Assembly (NCBI GenBank): GCA_963693365.1
Contig: CAVNZM010000001.1
Span: 4,604,907 to 4,668,906 of the forward strand
Reading direction: 5' to 3'
From: Amoebidium appalachense
Lineage: Eukaryota; Protista; Ichthyosporea
DNA: 64,000 bases
Of the stretch, positions 56,401 through 64,000 are shown piece by piece; positions within the stretch are counted from its first letter, which is position 1; each line of letters begins with the position of its first letter. The notes beneath the pieces were generated by a model. It searched no databases, was not told where the DNA came from, and was given only the letters and a program-made list of their open reading frames with translations. Position numbers and translations under genes: made by a program.

Positions 56401-57813
56401 TGGGTGGAGGGGGGTGGGGGGAGAGCACTCCAAATTCCCGGGCCACCCTCCCTCCCCATCCCCTCCCCCCCCCCCCCCCCCCTGCACCTTCCTCCTCCTC
56501 CCCTCCCCGCCCCCACACACACACATCCACGTGCACCCAACCAACCATCACGTGCACCCCCAAATGGCACCACCATATCCCTCTTACCTATGAGCCTTCC
56601 TGTGCCCCTGGTTGGCTGCATCCCAAGCTATCCGGTCACTATATCCTCCCCCTCCCCCCCCCCCCCCCCCCCCTTTTCCCCTCCCCCGCCCTCTCCTGTA
56701 CCTCCTCATCCCTTCCCTTCTCAGCTGCCGCCTGTCCCCCCCCCCCCCCCCCCCTCTCCCCTCCCCCCCAACACCACCACCACCACCACTTACGGACATG
56801 CTCGAGCGCTAGAACGGAATGGTTTACAACAGCCGTTAAGGAAATTCAAAAAGAACATTTAAAAGCGTGAATTTGAGTAGGCGCGAGGATATCTGCACGG
56901 CAATATGTACAGTACTATTTTTTATTGCTATTACTTCTAAACTTTATGTGCACGAGATAGGACTAGTACTACAGTCCCGAGCTAAATACGGTTTAATACT
57001 ACATTAACTAAATAATTAATACGGCTGACCGATTAGTTCAAAACTTTGTGCGTATAAATACAGCGGTGCCAGTCTATTGGCACCGTTTGGGATATTCTGA
57101 CGGAATAACATCAGCTAACCAATCGGCGAAAATCATACAAAAAGGAACAGCTGGCATGTAATTTGAAAAACCCCACTCCCCCCCCCCCCCCCCACACACA
57201 CACACAATTCCAGCTCGGCGAAGAAAAAAGAGGGAGGAAGGAGAAGTATATACATCCTGATTTCAGCCCAGGGCTAAGAGACGCCTGGCCATAAAAAAAG
57301 AGAGTGGTGAAAGCAGATATATTCACTACCATAGACTGGCAAGGCCCATTAGTATGATATACAACAACAAGCACTCGACGGATACATTGAGGCATTTAAC
57401 GGCCCATCCAAGGTACTAGCTTATCATGTGGGACCACCAGATATGTTTCTGCAATGGTTGTGCTTGAGAAATATCCCGGCATTTATCCAAGAAAACTAAT
57501 ATTGTGCACAGGTCATAGAGAATTATGTGACCCGCAATCATGTCTGCTATAATATTGACCATACAGCACGCATATGTGCGTTTTTGAACACATAACCTAG
57601 ACTAATGAGAAGCAAATTGCAAAGCCAATCAGAGCGGACTTCAAAATCAACGGTGCGATGCTATTGGTTGCTTGAACTCTTGCAGCGTCCGATTGGACGA
57701 TGTGTTCCTCCAATGGCGGCTCTCCTTGAATCATCTGAGTGAAGTGTAGAACCATTTTGTCGTTATACTGAGGGGCATCAATCGCAGTGTCAGCATCAAC
57801 ACACCATTATTGC

Positions 57814-58773
<960 letters not shown>

Positions 58774-59261
58774 GCGAGTGCCGCAGTAAAAGGGATGGGG
58801 AGGGAGAGGTTAGGGTTCCCGGGCCGCGGCCCAAGGGGGGGGGGGGGGAGGGGGGGGAGGGGGGGAGGTGGAGGGGGTGGGGGGGGGGGGGGGGGAGAGA
58901 GAAGGGGGGGGGGGGGAGGGGGAAAGGAGGAGCCGGGTGGGGGGGGGGGGGGAGGGGGAGGTGAGATTAGAAGAATGAGGTGTTTGAAGGCTATCACGGT
59001 GCAAATGATAATGAACTACCCCTCAATTCGCTAACCCCCAAAAGCCTGTCCCCCAAAACACAGCAAGAAACCACAAGCACAGAGAGCTAATATCAGGCAC
59101 AATCAGAGTTCATTCCTCACTCACTAGGCACACCGTATAACACAAACCACCGACATGCACAAATGTTCTTTTCTTCTCTGAGTATCAACACAGGGAGGCT
59201 GCTTCTTTTATTGTTTATGTGCTACTTTGAAGAAAAATTTTTTTTCGTTTCATCACGTACC

Positions 59262-60415
59262 ATTCTGTGTTACCACAATGCCCCCCTCAGGTGTTGGCCA
59301 CGGTAGTCCAGCATACGACGCATTACTCAGCTCAGCCAATGGCTGGCCTTGGATTCCGGCCCGAACAGACTCCACCTCCAGATTGGACAACACCGCACTA
59401 GACTCACTGAGATCGGCACGCAGAAGAAGAGCGGTATTATCGTACACAATCGGCTTGCTTTGGTCTGCGATCGGCGGATCGGCGATCCGAGCAAGAGACA
59501 CGGGGATGGTGTATGGGTTGTTTGGTTTGAGCGCCAACAGGTTGCTAGAAGATGATTGGGCGGGATTGCAGAAGTTATTTGTGCTGACGGTGAAGTAGGT
59601 GTTGTCTTCTTCATAGATGCCGCTCTTGTCCCCTCCAGTAGCGGTGAGCTTGTTTCGATCATTCTGGGAGAGAAGGGTTCCAAACCCTACAAGGACAAGG
59701 ATGTCCCTCCGGGGAGTACACCTGTTTAGTTTTAAATTCGCTATCTTTGGTTTAGTCCTCTGTGGGGTATCATAGAAGCCATGAAGCTCTAGATGGGAGA
59801 AGGCGGAACCGGGCAGCCAAACAGAGAAATGGAGGCGGGTTGGGGAGACAAAGAGAGGAAGGGGCTATTTTTCCTTTTCTTGGTTCTGTGCGGGGGAGGG
59901 GGGGCGAAGGGAGGGGTGAGGGGTTAGGGTGTGGGAGAGGGAGGGGGGGGGGGGGTTTGGGGGGTATCATACCAGATATATGGGCAGACCAGCAAACTGG
60001 CAGAATGTGGCTGGATACTGCAGGTGTGTCACCCACGAGCGGAAGCAAACATCTTGGTCTGCCGTGTACGTGCAGTCGAGGGCCTGGTTCAAGTAGGTGC
60101 CCGTGGTACTGTCGTATTGCTGCACCGTTGCTGTCATCTGATTGGATGGAAATCTTATTAAGTTTATTTTTAGTTCTGCGACTGAATGAGTCCTTGAATG
60201 CTAATGGAGACTGAGGAATGTCGTGTATGTAATAATCGAAAGTGGCCGGAGAGAATGCTAGAAGAGAAAAAGACAACACAAAAAAGACAAAAAAGGGTAG
60301 CGGATGATGGGAGCGCATGGCAATGGGCTGCGCCGTGAAAGCTTGGGTGAGGGCGACCCATGGGGCCCCCCTTGGGGGGTGGAGCGAGGGGGTGGGAGGG
60401 GGGGGGGGGGGGGGA

Positions 60416-60450
<35 letters not shown>

Positions 60451-60998
60451 ATGTCTTTAATTCTTTTTTCTTTTCTTTTCTTTTTGTTTGGGGGGGGGGG
60501 GGGGGAGGGGGGGGGGGGGGCGGGAGGGAGGGGAGGATATTTTTATATTTCCGGCGAAAGCCAAAGGGAAAACTCCCATAAGAGGCCTGCTGTACATGTT
60601 ATTGAGTCGAAGGAGAATTTGATGAGAAACAATCACAATCAATGGGCAGCCGGTCGAGAGGCAAAACACACAGCTCGTCCTGACAGTTTTAGGGGAGGGG
60701 AGAATGGCACTGGGGTCACACTGACTAAGGCTGTGAGGTGTGGATAGAAACTATGAGAGAAAGCGAATTGAAATGGACACATACTCCGAGATATGGGGTC
60801 TCAACCCGGGGTAGGGTGGTGAAGGTGAAAGGCTTGACAACGACATAGTCTATTTTTAGCGACATGTCGGTTGCAGTCAGCCGGGCCACGTCCACGATGG
60901 CATGCGCCATAAAGTTGAACGTTGGAAGGTCCGAGAGCTTCCAAGTCTGTGTGGGCACAGTGTTGAAACATGGCTTGGAGATATCCCGATGTTATCCC

Positions 60999-61035
<37 letters not shown>

Positions 61036-63330
61036 ACACACATACACACTCACCACCACCACCACCGGTACCAACCCCACCCCACCCTCCACCCACCACT
61101 CCACCCAAACCTACCATCCTTCCTTCCCACATTCACACTCTGATACATGCACACGGGACAAATGCATCTTTAAGTTGGCATTAATAGAAATCTGACCAAA
61201 TATTGAATCAAGTCGGTGGCTAGTGGCTAGTATGGTGAAGTCTTTTGGTGGCTTGCTTCAAGTTATTGGATGCTTTGCCGGTGACACTGGATGAAGGCAA
61301 CGAAGGGAAGGTGGTGGTGGTGGGGAGGGGAAGAGGGGGGGGAGGGAGGGGGGGGAGTGGGGAGGAGGGGGACTCGGGGTAAACGGTTGGAGAAGAGAAA
61401 ACAAGGAGGCCAGGGCAAGGGTGCTTGTGTGCGCCGGAAAAAGAGGGGGGGGGGGGGGGGAGGAGGGAGGGGGAGAAGGGGGATTGCCCACATGGATTCC
61501 TTGGCCAGCATTCCAGATTTTGGATCTTCCTTGCACAGGCCACGGCCACATTGCTGAAAACCTTCCAGATATTCTACCAGCCAAGGGGATGTAGTTTTCT
61601 GGATGGTGGGGTTTTTGTTGCAGCTCCGTAGTCGTATAGTCGATGTATAGGCCACCCTCCACTGACCGCTGGCTCTCTTCCACGCCGTCTACTAACTGTA
61701 TTTTGTTTTCACTTTGTGTTTGTGTGTGTGTGTGTGCGGGTGTGTGGGTGTGTGGGTGGGTGTGCGTGCAGGCAGAGGGGGGTAGAGACGGGGGGGGGGG
61801 GGGGGGGGGGGTCCAGAGGAAACAATGATACGTGCAGGTGATGTGGAAATTAGAAGTTGGAGTCTGGGTGCGTAATTGTTGTTCAAGTTGTTGTTGTTTG
61901 GTTTTTCTTTCTTTTTTCTTTTTTCTTCTTTGGGGAAGGGGGGGGGGGGGGGGGGGATGCACATAGGATGTTCTCAAACTGTTTGGCATAGGAAATTCCA
62001 GGGAACAGGCCATGGCCCTGAAAGATTAGTTCAAAGAAAGAAAGTCAGATTTAACCAACTTTCATAAGTGCAAACGTGTAGCAGCGGAAACGACATTATT
62101 TTCAAATTGCTAGTAAAGACAAAGGTATTCATAGCGACTTAATGCCCGGGCAGTCAGCCATCATCTTCACAGGCACGGAAAATTCAAATGAATCCCCCCT
62201 GCTGGTGTTCGTTGTGGTTGTTCTCAGGCGGCCAAACCCCAAGTCCTTGCAGTATGAGGCGGCATAGGCCCCACGAGCCCGCGGGTAGGAAGGGTCCGGG
62301 GTTGTGTCTGCAAGCCGATTCGAAAATATGTTCGACCCGGGACAAAGCCACTTAACTGTACCTGTAGGCCAGAATGTGATGGGCATGTGTGAGTTCATGT
62401 GCGTTTGCATAATGATTACTAAACACATTTAACTGTGTGGAGACACGCGTTCTGCACCCATCAGTATTTTCCTTCTTTTTTCAGTACATGTGTATGATAT
62501 AACCTGCATGTGCTTGCGTATATGATACATTATCCGTTATTTTCTTACAACATTGGAGGGTAAAGAATATATAGGTGCAACCTAAACAAAGCAAAGCAGA
62601 CAAGAGTGATGAGAGAGGAGGAGGAGGCCCGAAGTGAAGGGACCAGGCAAGCAAAAAGTGAGGAGATAATGAATCTAGAGACTGTCTGATGCTGATGCAG
62701 TAGGACCATACCTTGAACAGGACATCTCCATCATATGTACCGGACAAAATTTCCTCGGCCGTCACTCTAAATGTTACCTCTTTTCGTTTAATCCCCTGCC
62801 AACTGGAAGTTGTGGATGTTGGTTCACTTATGGTGTTAAGAACCCGATTAACACATGGGTGCCAGAGATCAGTCGTGTAGTATCCCGATTTGCACAAACA
62901 AAATGGGGTCTGCCTGCTGTAAATTAGGTAACCGTTCTGCCCGCAATATTCGGCCGCCATTTGTGTCACATTGGCTGAGCATAAGTATGCAAAATAAATG
63001 AAAAGAAACAGGGCTACATGTACAGATAATCTGGAGGCTAGTGATTAGAACTCTTAGGGTGCGTGGGGTGTGATAGTGCAAATTAGACAAATGACGGGGG
63101 GTCTTGGGGCTGTATTTTGCAGCATTCGGGCCCCCAAGGGTAGTGTCCGTTGAGGCAATCTTGGTTCCATGTTTCCAGCGTTCTGGTGCCTGACGACAAA
63201 AAAAAAAGAAAAAACATGTCGCTGTCAAGTTACTGAAATATTATCATGCTGTGCAATGATCAAAACAGAGCAAGAGACTAGTCGTCGATGTGGATGGACG
63301 ATGAACTGGCTTGATAAACAGGCCCATAAA
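59262..63330 (-). pseudogene. Paralogue B of the secreted Cys-rich protein family; best preserved copy but with apparent frame lesions
   Basis: Minus exons: YCGQNG..FCLCKSGYY..HPC..EEILSGTYDGDVLFK (62.7-62.97 kb), RLRTTTT..GDSFEFSVPV (62.13-62.37 kb), 61.49-61.69 kb, 60.75-61.0 kb, 60.05-60.21 kb and NTYFTVSTNNFCN..PIVYDNTALLLRAD (59.26-59.72 kb). Phase breaks near 62540 and 62140; 5' and 3' ends uncertain. Confidence 0.6.
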
Positions 63331-64000
63331 GGGTATACTGGCACCAAAGCTTCATTAACTCATTGAAGCGCTTTGAAAGCACTCTTCGCGTACGACAGAA
63401 AAAGTCCACATAAAAGATAGTCAGTATCTCTTCACGGTGCAATCAACGGCGCGCCAGCGGTACGTACGTATACGACTCCTTATAATTATATGTAGCAATG
63501 TTTCAAAAAGGGAACACTGGACGAAGTGATACCAAAACATGCTCTTCCTCTCCGAGTGTTATTTGTGAACAATTTGAAAAGGGTTTAATACACCGTTCGA
63601 TTGTATCAGTGTTCTAGTGTACTTCCAGCGAAGTTGCATGTTCCACGATAAGGTGGGGGTTGATCTGTATAGGCTTCAAGCTTAAGGAGCTCGTAATTAT
63701 TGTTCGTTATGGGTCAACATATACAACTTGTTAAGCAATTTTGAGTTAGCATAAAAAAGTCATTGACTCAAATAGAACAGCCTTGTTATAAGCATGTGTA
63801 AAGATTTGAGATGGGTTCTTTGACTCACATATTACACACGACTGCCATTTGCCATGAGCTGTGGCTGGTATCTACAACCTCGTGCCTCTGGCGGTCGGAC
63901 CTCGTCGGTTCATTGGTCCACACCGCATTATCGGGGAACCATTATTCGGCAAGTGGCAGTGGGCGTATGCTGGTGGCTTCCGTGGCCCATGCATGCCATG

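Noticed and set aside
57064-57085. Hairpin cggtgcca-gtctat-tggcaccg as a Helitron 3' end or terminator
   Set aside because: No CTRR terminus at the expected distance, and an 8-bp stem can arise by chance.

Overview
Eukaryotic, intron-rich genomic window, probably from a unicellular eukaryote (holozoan/ichthyosporean-like is only a guess). Short exons sit in introns full of poly-C/poly-G, (CA)n/(GT)n and (GA)n/(TC)n tracts, so almost all ORF-track entries are microsatellite artefacts. Genes read by hand: a truncated APE+RT LINE (~118-1610), an AT-hook plus CxH..CxxC zinc-finger-repeat gene (1903-5842), a complete 9-exon SCAMP gene (8145-16117, 330 aa) and a ~33-exon Rif1 gene (18410-45108). 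From 47.4 to 63.3 kb lie three decaying paralogues of an unnamed Cys-containing, probably secreted protein, a nested intronless membrane-protein ORF and a possible macro-domain relic. Mobile DNA: two hAT MITEs with 8-bp TSDs, a Tc1/pogo-type MITE, a solo-LTR-like insertion in an exon, a 179-bp foldback palindrome, and a 5'-truncated dispersed repeat that always abuts C tracts. The most notable signals are introns bracketed by complementary microsatellites with (CA)n replacing the polypyrimidine tract, the C-tract-associated retroelement candidate, and a Rif1 with no visible canonical PP1-docking motif. All exon coordinates and homology calls come from reading the sequence by eye, not from database searches.
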